DNA from: Oceanispirochaeta sp.
GTDB lineage: Bacteria > Spirochaetota > Spirochaetia > DSM-2461
Direction of reading: 5' to 3'
NCBI GenBank assembly: GCA_963663385.2
Contig: CAXXXD010000001.1
Coordinates: 384,001 to 448,000, forward strand
Length of the DNA: 64,000 bases
The position numbers and the translations under genes are program-made. The notes under the pieces were generated by a model, which was not told the origin of the DNA, searched no databases, and worked only from the letters and a program-made list of their open reading frames with translations. Positions 31,300 through 40,666 of the stretch are shown piece by piece (positions within the stretch are counted from its first letter, which is position 1; every line of letters begins with the position of its first letter).

Positions 31300-31680
31300 A
31301 TGAAAGAAGAAACAGTAATACAGGAAAACCCCGGAAAAAGGAATAGAAAGACCTTCCTTACAGGACGTGGAATATTGGTCAGCTTATCCTCTGCAACCCT
31401 GGGCAGGACCTATATAGTTAATCAGGAGAACATAACGATAGGACGGGATTCTTCCTGCGACATCTGTCTGGATGATCCCCTTGTCAGCAAAGTGCATAGC
31501 CGGATTACTGTAGAGGACCAAAGAATATTTAAAATTGAAGATCTCGGATCTACAAACGGTACCTACCTGAACAAGAAAAGATTATCCAGACCGACTCAGA
31601 TGTATTATAGTGACAGAGTTGTGATAGGCAGTTCCATCTTCAGATTTTTTATTGAAGAAACCCTTGATAAAACTATGTAA
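31300..31680 (+). CDS. FHA domain protein
   Basis: IGR...VSKVH...DLGSTNGT; ATG 31300 with GGAG RBS. Confidence 0.9.
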   Translation: MKEETVIQENPGKRNRKTFLTGRGILVSLSSATLGRTYIVNQENITIGRDSSCDICLDDPLVSKVHSRITVEDQRIFKIEDLGSTNGTYLNKKRLSRPTQMYYSDRVVIGSSIFRFFIEETLDKTM

Positions 31681-31695
31681 TTTCAGGAGAAAAAC

Positions 31696-32433
31696 ATGTC
31701 CGAAGGCAAATTACCTGTACTGGTTCAGCAAACATATAACGGAATTAAAAAAATCATTGATCTTGGAGGATATGATTCTCATGGGCAGCTTCCCTCTGAG
31801 AACATACTGTCGGAAAAGCTGAATGTAAGCAGGGCAACCATCCGGACAGCCCTCGCCAGACTCGAATATGACGGAATAATCAAAAGGATTCATGGAAAGG
31901 GAACTTTCATAAGGGAAAAATCCATTAACCTCGAAACTCCACTTCAGGAAAAGTGGGACTTTATACCCATGCTGGAAGAGAAAGGACAGGTTGTTAAAAT
32001 AGAACTTCTCTCAATCTGTCAGAGAACAGCTGGCACAGATGATGCCAACCTTCTGAATGTCAGGAATACTACAGAGATTGTTGAGATTGTCCGCCTTTAC
32101 AGGGCTGATAACAAACCGGTAATCTACTCCAGAAACATATTTCCCCGCAGTTTCCTTAATAAAACGGCAGATCCCATATTGATGAATTACCAGTGTACGG
32201 CTTATGAACTTTTTCAGGACTATTTTATTGAACAGGCCGATAGTTCACGCACCGATCTGCTGCCTGTTCTTCCCAATGAGGAAATTGCCGGACACCTGAA
32301 TATCAGCTGCCAGACACCCATCCTCCTGTTCAAGGATTTCTTTATTACCAAGGGAGAACATATCCTTCTCGCAGGAGAAAACTACATGCATGATAAACTT
32401 CTCAAGCTGCGTTTCCTCAGCAATCCTGCCTAG
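31696..32433 (+). CDS. GntR family regulator (HutC/UTRA type)
   Basis: LPSENILSEKLNVSRATIRTAL...GKGTF plus a UTRA-like C-terminus. Confidence 0.9.
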   Translation: MSEGKLPVLVQQTYNGIKKIIDLGGYDSHGQLPSENILSEKLNVSRATIRTALARLEYDGIIKRIHGKGTFIREKSINLETPLQEKWDFIPMLEEKGQVVKIELLSICQRTAGTDDANLLNVRNTTEIVEIVRLYRADNKPVIYSRNIFPRSFLNKTADPILMNYQCTAYELFQDYFIEQADSSRTDLLPVLPNEEIAGHLNISCQTPILLFKDFFITKGEHILLAGENYMHDKLLKLRFLSNPA

Positions 32434-32434
32434 A

Positions 32435-32890
32435 CTACAGCAGAAAAGAGAGGGTTTCTCTTCCATGGCCTTCCGGATTTACTTTATGGAAAGCTTTCCT
32501 GATTACCATATCCTCATCAACGATATAGGTTGACCGATAGATTTTATCAACAATCTTACCCATAAGCTGCTTCTCTCCCAGAGCATCAAATCGTTTAATA
32601 ACCTTTTTCTCCGGATCACTCAATAATTTAAAAGGCAGGTTATACTTTTTTTTAAATTTCTGATGGGATTCTGGCGAATCGGGGCTGATTCCGATCACTT
32701 CTGCCCCGGTTTCGATAATTTCATCGTATTCGTCTCTGAAACTGCACGCTTCTTTTGTACATCCGGGTGTATTGTCCCTGGGATAAAAATAGATAATAAC
32801 CTTTTTCCCTTTATAATCTGAAAGAGAAAAGGGTTTACCGTTTTCATCCGGCAGTGTGAAATCTTCTATTTTAACTCCCTCGTTAAGCAT
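32435..32890 (-). CDS. bcp: Thioredoxin-dependent peroxiredoxin BCP
   Basis: YFYPRDNTPGCTKEACSFRD. Confidence 0.93.
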   Translation of the reverse strand: MLNEGVKIEDFTLPDENGKPFSLSDYKGKKVIIYFYPRDNTPGCTKEACSFRDEYDEIIETGAEVIGISPDSPESHQKFKKKYNLPFKLLSDPEKKVIKRFDALGEKQLMGKIVDKIYRSTYIVDEDMVIRKAFHKVNPEGHGRETLSFLL

Positions 32891-33095
32891 GGAAACCTCT
32901 TAAGAATCTTGTTTATCTTTAAAGTAATAAAATCATTATCTTAATACAAGCCGAAATAGGACAGACTGCAATTATATTGCCGGAAAAACTTATATATTCC
33001 ATTAATTTTATCAAGCCATTAGAATAATCCCTGATTTAACTGTAAACTTGAATAAATAAGAAACAAACGTTTCAAAAAAAGAAGAGGCACCATAC

Positions 33096-33878
33096 ATGAA
33101 AAAAGTATTATTTCCGATCATTCTGATTCTCTGTGTCATTACCCTGGTTTCAGCTGAAGAATTCCACACTCTTACCGTTACCAATAATTTGAGCGATGCT
33201 GTTTACTATCTCTATCTCGCACCTGCTGATGCAGATGACTGGGGAGAAGACAGACTGGGAGAAGAGATTTTGGAGACAGGAGCAGATATAACCATACAGG
33301 CGTCAGCTTCTTCCGAAACGATTTATAATCTGATGGCCGAAGACGAGATGGAGAAAACCTACCGAATTGATAACATTGATCTGTCAAATGCCGGCAGCAT
33401 CTCAATTACAGACGAAAATCTGCTTCCCTTCGGAGGCTGGAATCCTGTAAACAGAACTCTTACATTCTACAATAATACAGGAGAAGATATCTATTACCTC
33501 TATGTTTCTTCCAACAGCTCCATGTACTGGGGAGAAGACATCCTGGAGGATGACATCCTGTACAGTGGCGAATCTTTTACAAAAGAACTGCCCATTGACA
33601 GCGACTACCCTCAACATGATGTCCTTGCAGAAGGTGAAAGCGGAGCTTCCTACGAGATCATGAATGAAAACCTCCTGGAAATTGACCAACTCTATTTTAC
33701 AGAAGAGACCATGACTTCATCAGGTGATGATTATGACGATTACGATGATGACTACTACTATGACGATTTTGATGAAGACGACTATAATGGTGCTTATCTT
33801 GAAGGATACAGGGAAGGTTTCAGGGACGCCTGGAAAGAAGCCTATCAGCTTGGTTTCCAGGATGCCATGGAAGAATAG
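33096..33878 (+). CDS. Secreted hypothetical protein with two tandem repeated domains and an acidic tail
   Basis: Signal peptide; repeat NN....YYLY.......WGED.L...IL..G occurs twice; D/Y-rich tail. Confidence 0.7.
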   Translation: MKKVLFPIILILCVITLVSAEEFHTLTVTNNLSDAVYYLYLAPADADDWGEDRLGEEILETGADITIQASASSETIYNLMAEDEMEKTYRIDNIDLSNAGSISITDENLLPFGGWNPVNRTLTFYNNTGEDIYYLYVSSNSSMYWGEDILEDDILYSGESFTKELPIDSDYPQHDVLAEGESGASYEIMNENLLEIDQLYFTEETMTSSGDDYDDYDDDYYYDDFDEDDYNGAYLEGYREGFRDAWKEAYQLGFQDAMEE

Positions 33879-33888
33879 AATCCTATCA

Positions 33889-33922
33889 TATCGCCCCCTC
33901 CGGAGAGGGGGCGATACTTTTT
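33889..33922. terminator. Hairpin terminator between convergent genes
   Basis: TATCGCCCCCTC-CGGA-GAGGGGGCGATA followed by a T-tract. Confidence 0.75.
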
Positions 33923-33957
33923 AAAAACAGAGACCCGAGATGAGTCGAGGGTGGAGG

Positions 33958-34548
33958 TTAACTCATCTTTGTGAGCTTCTTAATCAGAACTTCCTTGTTA
34001 TTTTTCACGTACTCTTTAAGATCCTCAAAATCTTCGGCTATTTCCGAGGCAGCTCCTGATAAATAGAGGACACGGTTGGACCACCTGAACCAGAGGTAGT
34101 GTTTGGCCAGAACCGGTTTAAATCCGGATGTGCTCAGACGGGCTTCTATTGCGGCATCCAACTCATTATGATTCGCCATACCGGTAATATAGAGAACATC
34201 CCCATCTTCCATAAGAAACAGAACGCAGCGTTTAAACCCCTGAGCGATAGCCTCATCATTTCTGAACCCCTGCAATCTCAGATCCAGGGATCCCAGTTTC
34301 AGGTTATAGCCCTGCATACGCAGTGCTTTCCGAATGGTAGCGACTTCGCTTCGAACTTCCTGTATAACATCATGATTGGTTCTGTTTGATTCAAGCCTGT
34401 GTCTTAATTCCCTTAAGTGAAGTTCATAATGATGAAATATTTTCGTATTATTACTCAGAAATATAGTTGTATCCGACAATAGAGTCCACGCGGATGTGAA
34501 GTGTTCATTCAGATTATTTATGACATTCGAAAACTTATTTGCTATCAT
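33958..34548 (-). CDS. Hypothetical protein
   Basis: 196-aa ORF filling the gap, with TATAAT 8 nt upstream; no motif recognised. Confidence 0.7.
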   Translation of the reverse strand: MIANKFSNVINNLNEHFTSAWTLLSDTTIFLSNNTKIFHHYELHLRELRHRLESNRTNHDVIQEVRSEVATIRKALRMQGYNLKLGSLDLRLQGFRNDEAIAQGFKRCVLFLMEDGDVLYITGMANHNELDAAIEARLSTSGFKPVLAKHYLWFRWSNRVLYLSGAASEIAEDFEDLKEYVKNNKEVLIKKLTKMS

Positions 34549-34625
34549 ACAAATTGATTATACAACTTTAAAAACAAAAGGATGAGCCTTTCATTAACAA
34601 TTCCTTAAAAAGGAAGGAGAATTCG

Positions 34626-35354
34626 TTGCTGATTTTAGTGCTGTCAGATATTCATGGAAATTTCCAAGCCCTTCAGAAGGTAATAAAGGAATCCAGACAA
34701 TTCAAATGGAAACAACTATGGTTCCTGGGAGATCTGGGTGGTTACGGTCCCCGACCGGAGGAGTGTTTCAATCTTCTCAGGAAGGAGAATGCCGTTATAC
34801 TGCCCGGTAATCACGATCTGTACCTTTCCGGTCAGCTGCCGGGATCCTTTTTTTCCAGCGAGTCGATTCGGTCCCTTATCCAGAACAGGGGTCTTTTAAA
34901 ACGGAACACTCTGGAGTTGATAAAAGCCATCCCACTGAAACAGAAAAGAAAAGGTTTTACCCTGGTACACGGAAGCCCGGAGAATCCGGCTACCGATTAT
35001 ATTCTGACAGACGATGATGCCTCAAATGCCTTTTCCTCCTTTGACGGCAGAGGCTGCTTTTTCGGACATACGCATATTCAGGAGTATTTCATTCAGGGAG
35101 CCAGGGGCTGCGAACGTTTCAGACCATCAAACGGAGACGTTCTATCCTATAGAAAAAAGCGCATCCTGATTAATCCGGGCAGCATAGGTCAGCCCCGGGA
35201 CAGAGATCCACGGGCAGCCTGGTGTATCCTGGATACAAGAAGAAAGGAAGTCCGTTTTTTCAGAAGCGAATATGATATTAAGGCAACTCAGAAAGAGATG
35301 AGAAAACTGGGCTCCTCAGATTTTTTGATAGAACGGCTGGAAAAAGGCATTTAA
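34626..35354 (+). CDS. Metallophosphoesterase (calcineurin-like)
   Basis: SDIHGN, GDLGGYG, GNHD, HGSP, GHTH, NPGSIGQPRD; AAGGAG RBS. Confidence 0.92.
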   Translation: MLILVLSDIHGNFQALQKVIKESRQFKWKQLWFLGDLGGYGPRPEECFNLLRKENAVILPGNHDLYLSGQLPGSFFSSESIRSLIQNRGLLKRNTLELIKAIPLKQKRKGFTLVHGSPENPATDYILTDDDASNAFSSFDGRGCFFGHTHIQEYFIQGARGCERFRPSNGDVLSYRKKRILINPGSIGQPRDRDPRAAWCILDTRRKEVRFFRSEYDIKATQKEMRKLGSSDFLIERLEKGI

Positions 35355-37160
35355 TTATAGAATTTTCACATACCCTTCCAGAATTGACTCCAGAAGGAAA
35401 TCTTTCAGACAGTCTTCTTCCATACCGGAATCCCTGAGATCACTGATTCGGCAGGGATCTCTCAGTCTGGAAACCAGATCATACTGTTCATCATCCAGCT
35501 TTTCACTGCAAATCTCCCAGCCTCTGCTGAAAAGGATCCAGTTTTCATCCTCTTTATTAAGATAATGAATAATACCGGACGGGTCGCTTTCCATTCCCTG
35601 TATAAGCGTATAAGGGGGAACCGCAAAACGCTCCAGTTTTACCGAAGAATCAAGTTCTATACGGGTATCTTCCTTCAGGAGAATTCCCTCTGAAGGAGAT
35701 TCAATTGTCTCACTCAGTTCTTCCAGTTCCCTCTGGATTTGGAGCAGATTAATAACATCCCTGATTACACGGAATTCATCCGGCAGATTAGCTTCCAGAT
35801 AAAGGAATTCCAGAAAACGAATGATTTCCCCCTGAAGTTTCTCTTCCGGGATTTCCCTGTCCAACCTGAACTTTCTCCAGGCTTCTGTCAATTCAACCGG
35901 TTTGCTGTTCAGTTCGCCGCAGCTCCGCATAAACCAGCTTACGGCCTTGCCGAAATTGTACAGTTCATCAACCGAGCGGGCTATTTTTCCGGCCTCTTCC
36001 AGATCTTCAGCATTTAACTCCCGGCTTCCCAGAACGGTGTAGGGATCTTCTTTTCTAAATTCCAGTCCAAGTCTCTCAGCCTTATCAAAAAGGACAGTAC
36101 CCGGCAGTACCGCAAGAGGGAAAATATCCAGATGATTCGGTTCAAGAGAGAGGGCATAATCCAGAGATTCTTTAAAACTCTTCAGAGAATCCCCCGGAAG
36201 ACCGTATATCAGATCCAGACCATAAGAAACTCCGTAACGGGAGAGTATTTCCATTTTTTCACGAAAATCTTCTTTGTCCAGAGTCCGGTTTACATTTTTG
36301 AGAACCGGGAGAGAGCTGCTCTGCAGACCAATCTGCAGGGTACAGGGAATGGACGCAAAGGCCCGGGCTGTTTCCTCATCCAGGAATTCGGAGCGTGCTT
36401 CAAAATAGTAGTATGTATAGGGGGTATATTTCCTGATCAGTTCCAAAATGAAAAGGACCCTTTTCTTATGAGAATTGAATGTCGGATCCAGAACAAAAAC
36501 CTGTTCGATACCGTAATCCCTGATCAGTTCCAGCTCTGCCTCGACTCTCTCCAGACTGATAGCCCGGGTTGAACCTGTTCCTTTTGATTCAAAACAGAAA
36601 TCACAGGCGAAGGGACAGCCCCGGGACAACTCCCACAGCAATCCGGGATTCCCGGACAAGTCCAGAGAACCTGTCAGAATCGGAGAGGGCAGACTGTTGA
36701 AATCTGCACAGAAAGCAGCATTGCCAGCTTTAATATCCCGAGTCCAGACACCGGGCAGCCCGGAAAGGTTGAGCTTCTTATCCAGTCTGTCCAGAATATC
36801 AGCAATTGTCGCTTCGCCTTCCCCTTCCATGGCAATATCACAGAAGGAACTAAAAAGAAAACTCTCGGGGTCTGCTGTTATTTCAGGCCCCCCTGCCATA
36901 ATTGTGATTTCCGGATTTTTTTCTTTTAAATATTTTATAGCCTGAATAGTCAGGTTCCGGTTCCACAGGTATACGGTAAAACCAACCACAGCGGGTGTCG
37001 AGGACAGGATGCTTTCCCCTATCTCCTCCGGGCTTTGATGCATAAAACAGTTCAACAGATCAACATCATGATCGATGATCATGGCTTTCAGACAGGCTCC
37101 TGCCAGGGGTATTGCTCTCGTGGACGGTTCCAGATGGACCGTTGCCAATATTACTTTCAT
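35355..37160 (-). CDS. B12-binding domain radical SAM protein
   Basis: SRGCPFACDFC (CxxxCxxC); N-terminal B12-binding GGPE; LIYGLPGD. Confidence 0.92.
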   Translation of the reverse strand: MKVILATVHLEPSTRAIPLAGACLKAMIIDHDVDLLNCFMHQSPEEIGESILSSTPAVVGFTVYLWNRNLTIQAIKYLKEKNPEITIMAGGPEITADPESFLFSSFCDIAMEGEGEATIADILDRLDKKLNLSGLPGVWTRDIKAGNAAFCADFNSLPSPILTGSLDLSGNPGLLWELSRGCPFACDFCFESKGTGSTRAISLERVEAELELIRDYGIEQVFVLDPTFNSHKKRVLFILELIRKYTPYTYYYFEARSEFLDEETARAFASIPCTLQIGLQSSSLPVLKNVNRTLDKEDFREKMEILSRYGVSYGLDLIYGLPGDSLKSFKESLDYALSLEPNHLDIFPLAVLPGTVLFDKAERLGLEFRKEDPYTVLGSRELNAEDLEEAGKIARSVDELYNFGKAVSWFMRSCGELNSKPVELTEAWRKFRLDREIPEEKLQGEIIRFLEFLYLEANLPDEFRVIRDVINLLQIQRELEELSETIESPSEGILLKEDTRIELDSSVKLERFAVPPYTLIQGMESDPSGIIHYLNKEDENWILFSRGWEICSEKLDDEQYDLVSRLRDPCRISDLRDSGMEEDCLKDFLLESILEGYVKIL

Positions 37161-37326
37161 TCCGCCAGTCTAACAGAACAGCTAGAATTACAGTATAGCC
37201 GGAACACTTCTATTAGTATGTTTATCTTTTTCATGCATGTAAAAAAGAGGATCTGTAAAAATCCAACCTGAAACTCAGAGTTGACTCTATTGTTTAATGC
37301 AGAATTATCCGGTTTTAATTGGCTGT

Positions 37327-39144
37327 TTACAACTCCTTAGCTTTCTCTTTCCTATACAGATACATCTTTACCATTTCTGCCGCTTCCAGATTGATCCCCG
37401 CTGTTCGGGCTATATCCTCAGCCGCCGCATCATAAAGTTTCTCCATAGACCCGAACCCGGTCAGCAGTTTTTTACTCCTCCCGGGACCGATTCCGGGAAT
37501 GTTCTCAAGGGATGAGAGAGAAAGAGTTTTCTTCCTGAGCTTCTGATTGTGACTTGTCGCAAAACGGTGCGTTTCATCCCGCACATGCTGCAGTATCCGC
37601 AAGGCCCTGTCTCCTTCGGGAAGATCGATAGGATCTTTTTCACCGGGGAGAAAGATCAGCTCCTCCTTTTTAGCCAGTCCCGCCAGGGGCGTTGACAGAC
37701 CCAGTGCCTGAAGAACACTCCATGCCGCATTCACCTGTCCCTTTCCCCCGTCAATCAGAATCAGATCCGGCAACTCTTTCCCTTCATTTTTCAGGCGGGT
37801 ATAGCGGCGGGCAACCGCTTCGCTGATTGCTTTATAATCATCGATATCGCCCTTGAGGGACCGGATATTGAAATGCCTGTAATTTCTCCTGTCCGGATTT
37901 CCATCTTTAAAGGATATCAGGGAAGCTACTGTAAAATGCCCGTCCAGCTGGGCAATATCAAACCCCTCTATTCTTTTAGGTATATTTTTCAGACCAAGAA
38001 GGTTTTTCAAATCCTCCAGAGCCGGTTTATTTCCCATATCCTGCAGTTTCCTGGCCAGATCCATACGGGCATTTTCCACGGCCATATTTAAAACAGCCTG
38101 ATCCCTTTTCGATTCCGGAAGTTCCAGAACCGTCTTATCCGCACCCTCTACTTCATTCCGCAGGTATTCCTGTATAAGGCCCCTGTCCTTAAGAGAGACA
38201 AAAACCCTTTCCGGAAAATCCCTGTCGGGGGAGGAGTAGTAACAGACAAGAAATTCCTGAATGGCTTCTGTTTCGCTGCCGTAGTATTCATTCCGGAATG
38301 TTTCTTTTCCCAGGAGTTTGCCAGAGCGCATCTGAATAACCGCAAAGGCATAGAAATCTCCTGCCGCATCTACCCCTATATAATCCCTGCTCTCCTGCAC
38401 AAAATCTTCCACTTTCTGTTCAGTCTGCAGCTTCTGGAGACTCAGCATAATGTCCCGGATTTCAGCCGCCTTCTCAAATTCCAGGGCATCCGAAGCTGCT
38501 TTAATATCCTTCATCAGCTCTTTTTCCAGGCCGGCGGTTTTTCCGGACAACAGATTCCGGGCTCTGTTTATGCTTTTCCGGTAGTCCTCTTTACTGATCA
38601 GACCGCAGCAAGGCCCGCTGCATTTCCCCATATGGTAATACAGACAGGGACTCTCTCTTTTTTTCATCCTCCCGCAACGCCGGAGAGGAAACATTTTATT
38701 GATCAGGGCCATTGTTTCATCCAGAACTTTGATATCCGGATAGGGTCCGTAATAGCGAGAACCATCTTCTATAATAGATCTTGTCCTGAAGATACGGGGA
38801 AACTCTTCGTCGGTCACGCGGATAACAGGATAACTCTTACCGTCTTTCAGGTTTATGTTATACCGGGGATTCCATTTTTTAATAAGATTATTCTCAAGTA
38901 AGAGCGCCTCATACTCGGATGCCGTAACGATATGTTCAATATGGTGGATCTTACTTACAAGAGTTTTTGTTTTAATATCCTTTGAACCGGAGAAATATGA
39001 CCTGACCCGGTTCTGCAGTTTGACAGCTTTACCTATATAGATGATCTTTTTATGCTCATCTTTCATCAGATAGACCCCGGGAGTAAGGGGGAACTCTTTA
39101 ATCTGCCGCAGAAGTCTGTTAACTCTGTCTTTACTGTTTTCCAT
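37327..39144 (-). CDS. uvrC: Excinuclease ABC subunit C
   Basis: GIY-YIG PGVYLM..IYIGKA, RIEGFDI, LIDGGKGQ, RDETHRFA, HhH. Confidence 0.97.
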   Translation of the reverse strand: MENSKDRVNRLLRQIKEFPLTPGVYLMKDEHKKIIYIGKAVKLQNRVRSYFSGSKDIKTKTLVSKIHHIEHIVTASEYEALLLENNLIKKWNPRYNINLKDGKSYPVIRVTDEEFPRIFRTRSIIEDGSRYYGPYPDIKVLDETMALINKMFPLRRCGRMKKRESPCLYYHMGKCSGPCCGLISKEDYRKSINRARNLLSGKTAGLEKELMKDIKAASDALEFEKAAEIRDIMLSLQKLQTEQKVEDFVQESRDYIGVDAAGDFYAFAVIQMRSGKLLGKETFRNEYYGSETEAIQEFLVCYYSSPDRDFPERVFVSLKDRGLIQEYLRNEVEGADKTVLELPESKRDQAVLNMAVENARMDLARKLQDMGNKPALEDLKNLLGLKNIPKRIEGFDIAQLDGHFTVASLISFKDGNPDRRNYRHFNIRSLKGDIDDYKAISEAVARRYTRLKNEGKELPDLILIDGGKGQVNAAWSVLQALGLSTPLAGLAKKEELIFLPGEKDPIDLPEGDRALRILQHVRDETHRFATSHNQKLRKKTLSLSSLENIPGIGPGRSKKLLTGFGSMEKLYDAAAEDIARTAGINLEAAEMVKMYLYRKEKAKEL

Positions 39145-39175
39145 AAATCTCCGATATTATACATAATCAATAGTC

Positions 39176-40651
39176 ATGAAAAAAACTAATACGCTGATTA
39201 TATGTACCATATTACTCATTAGCGGATATTCTGCCTATCCGGAATCCTTCTCAATCGGCAATGAAGACGACTGGAAAGGAACAGGGCTTTATAACCTGGA
39301 GACAACTGCCGGCCGAGGAGGTTTTCAGGATCTTATTATTAAAACAACCGAGCTCTCACCGGATGATCAGACCGATCTGCTTCTTCCTTTTAATTCAAAT
39401 GCACGGAAAGATAGAACCGGACACTACCGGATTCTGGAAAATCCTGATTATAATCAGGAATTTATTAAAACAGGATCCGGCAGTGCAACATTTTTCAGTG
39501 GTAAAAAGATGCTTCTTCTGCCCGAGGAAGGTGCCCTTCTGTCAGCCCATACAAACTGGGAAGATTTTACCATGGAATTCTGGCTCTATCCGGCCAACCC
39601 CCGGGAAGGGGAACAGATCCTTCAATGGAAAGGACTGGGACGTTTTGAATCTCATATATATTCCCAGACTGTTCAGTGCCACTTTTTAAACAGAAAACTG
39701 GTTTGGAGTTTTGATAATTTCTTTCAGCTTCCCGGTTCTCCCTTCTCTCACTATGAGATATCGGGGGATCCTCTGCTGCCGAGGGAATGGCATCACCATA
39801 TGCTTCGCTATAACAGCGGCACGGGTATGCTGGAGTATCTTATTGACGGGAAACCTTCAGCTATTCTTTATACAACAGAGTCCGGAAATGAATCACATAC
39901 CGTATACACCCCTAAAATAGGAGAGGAACCCGGTGCCTTGAAAATAGGTGAAAATCTTACCGGATTTATGGATGAATTCCGAATCAGTACAGCTTTTATT
40001 GAAAACAGATCCCTTAACAGATTCTACAAATCCGGTTATGGTCTTTCCGCCATTCAGGATTTAAAATACCCCGATTCCCAGTTGAAATCCTTAAAGCTCG
40101 TAAAAAATACACCGGGATACACAGAAATATTCCCCTACTACTTTATAACGAACAACAGACTGGAAGCAGAGCAGGTATACAGTGACTTTCACGGGGAAGA
40201 AACCATTCTGGGTGCAGCTTCAAAATGGAAGTCCTTTGACGAGATGGAAGAGGAATCCAGAGGAAGATTTCTGATTCTCTCATTTCTCCTCTACCCGGAT
40301 TTAAAAACGGACAGGACCCCTTATTTATCATCCATAGATATTGAATATACACCGTCTCTCCCGCCGCTGCCACCGTCAAGACTTCGTATCCACCGATCAG
40401 ATTCCGGTTCCGTTACACTGAACTGGAATGCTTCTCCCTCTTCCGAAGTAATGGGATACCTTGTTTTCTATGGGGAAAAACCGGGAGAGTACATATACCC
40501 TGGAAGTCCTCTTGATGTAGGAAATGCACAGACCGTGGAAATAGCCGGTTTGTCGCCATTTAAACAATATTTTTTTGCCATTAAGTCCTATAATGCAGGA
40601 GAGCTTCCTCAATACAGCGACTTTTCTGAAGAAAAAACGATTAGGCCATAA
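39176..40651 (+). CDS. Exported LamG-like jellyroll / fibronectin type III protein
   Basis: Signal peptide; DFTMEFWLYP, EWHH, GFMDEFRIS; C-terminal FN3 (LNWNAS...GL.P...YFFAI). Confidence 0.75.
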   Translation: MKKTNTLIICTILLISGYSAYPESFSIGNEDDWKGTGLYNLETTAGRGGFQDLIIKTTELSPDDQTDLLLPFNSNARKDRTGHYRILENPDYNQEFIKTGSGSATFFSGKKMLLLPEEGALLSAHTNWEDFTMEFWLYPANPREGEQILQWKGLGRFESHIYSQTVQCHFLNRKLVWSFDNFFQLPGSPFSHYEISGDPLLPREWHHHMLRYNSGTGMLEYLIDGKPSAILYTTESGNESHTVYTPKIGEEPGALKIGENLTGFMDEFRISTAFIENRSLNRFYKSGYGLSAIQDLKYPDSQLKSLKLVKNTPGYTEIFPYYFITNNRLEAEQVYSDFHGEETILGAASKWKSFDEMEEESRGRFLILSFLLYPDLKTDRTPYLSSIDIEYTPSLPPLPPSRLRIHRSDSGSVTLNWNASPSSEVMGYLVFYGEKPGEYIYPGSPLDVGNAQTVEIAGLSPFKQYFFAIKSYNAGELPQYSDFSEEKTIRP

Positions 40652-40666
40652 AGGGTTAAAACTACA

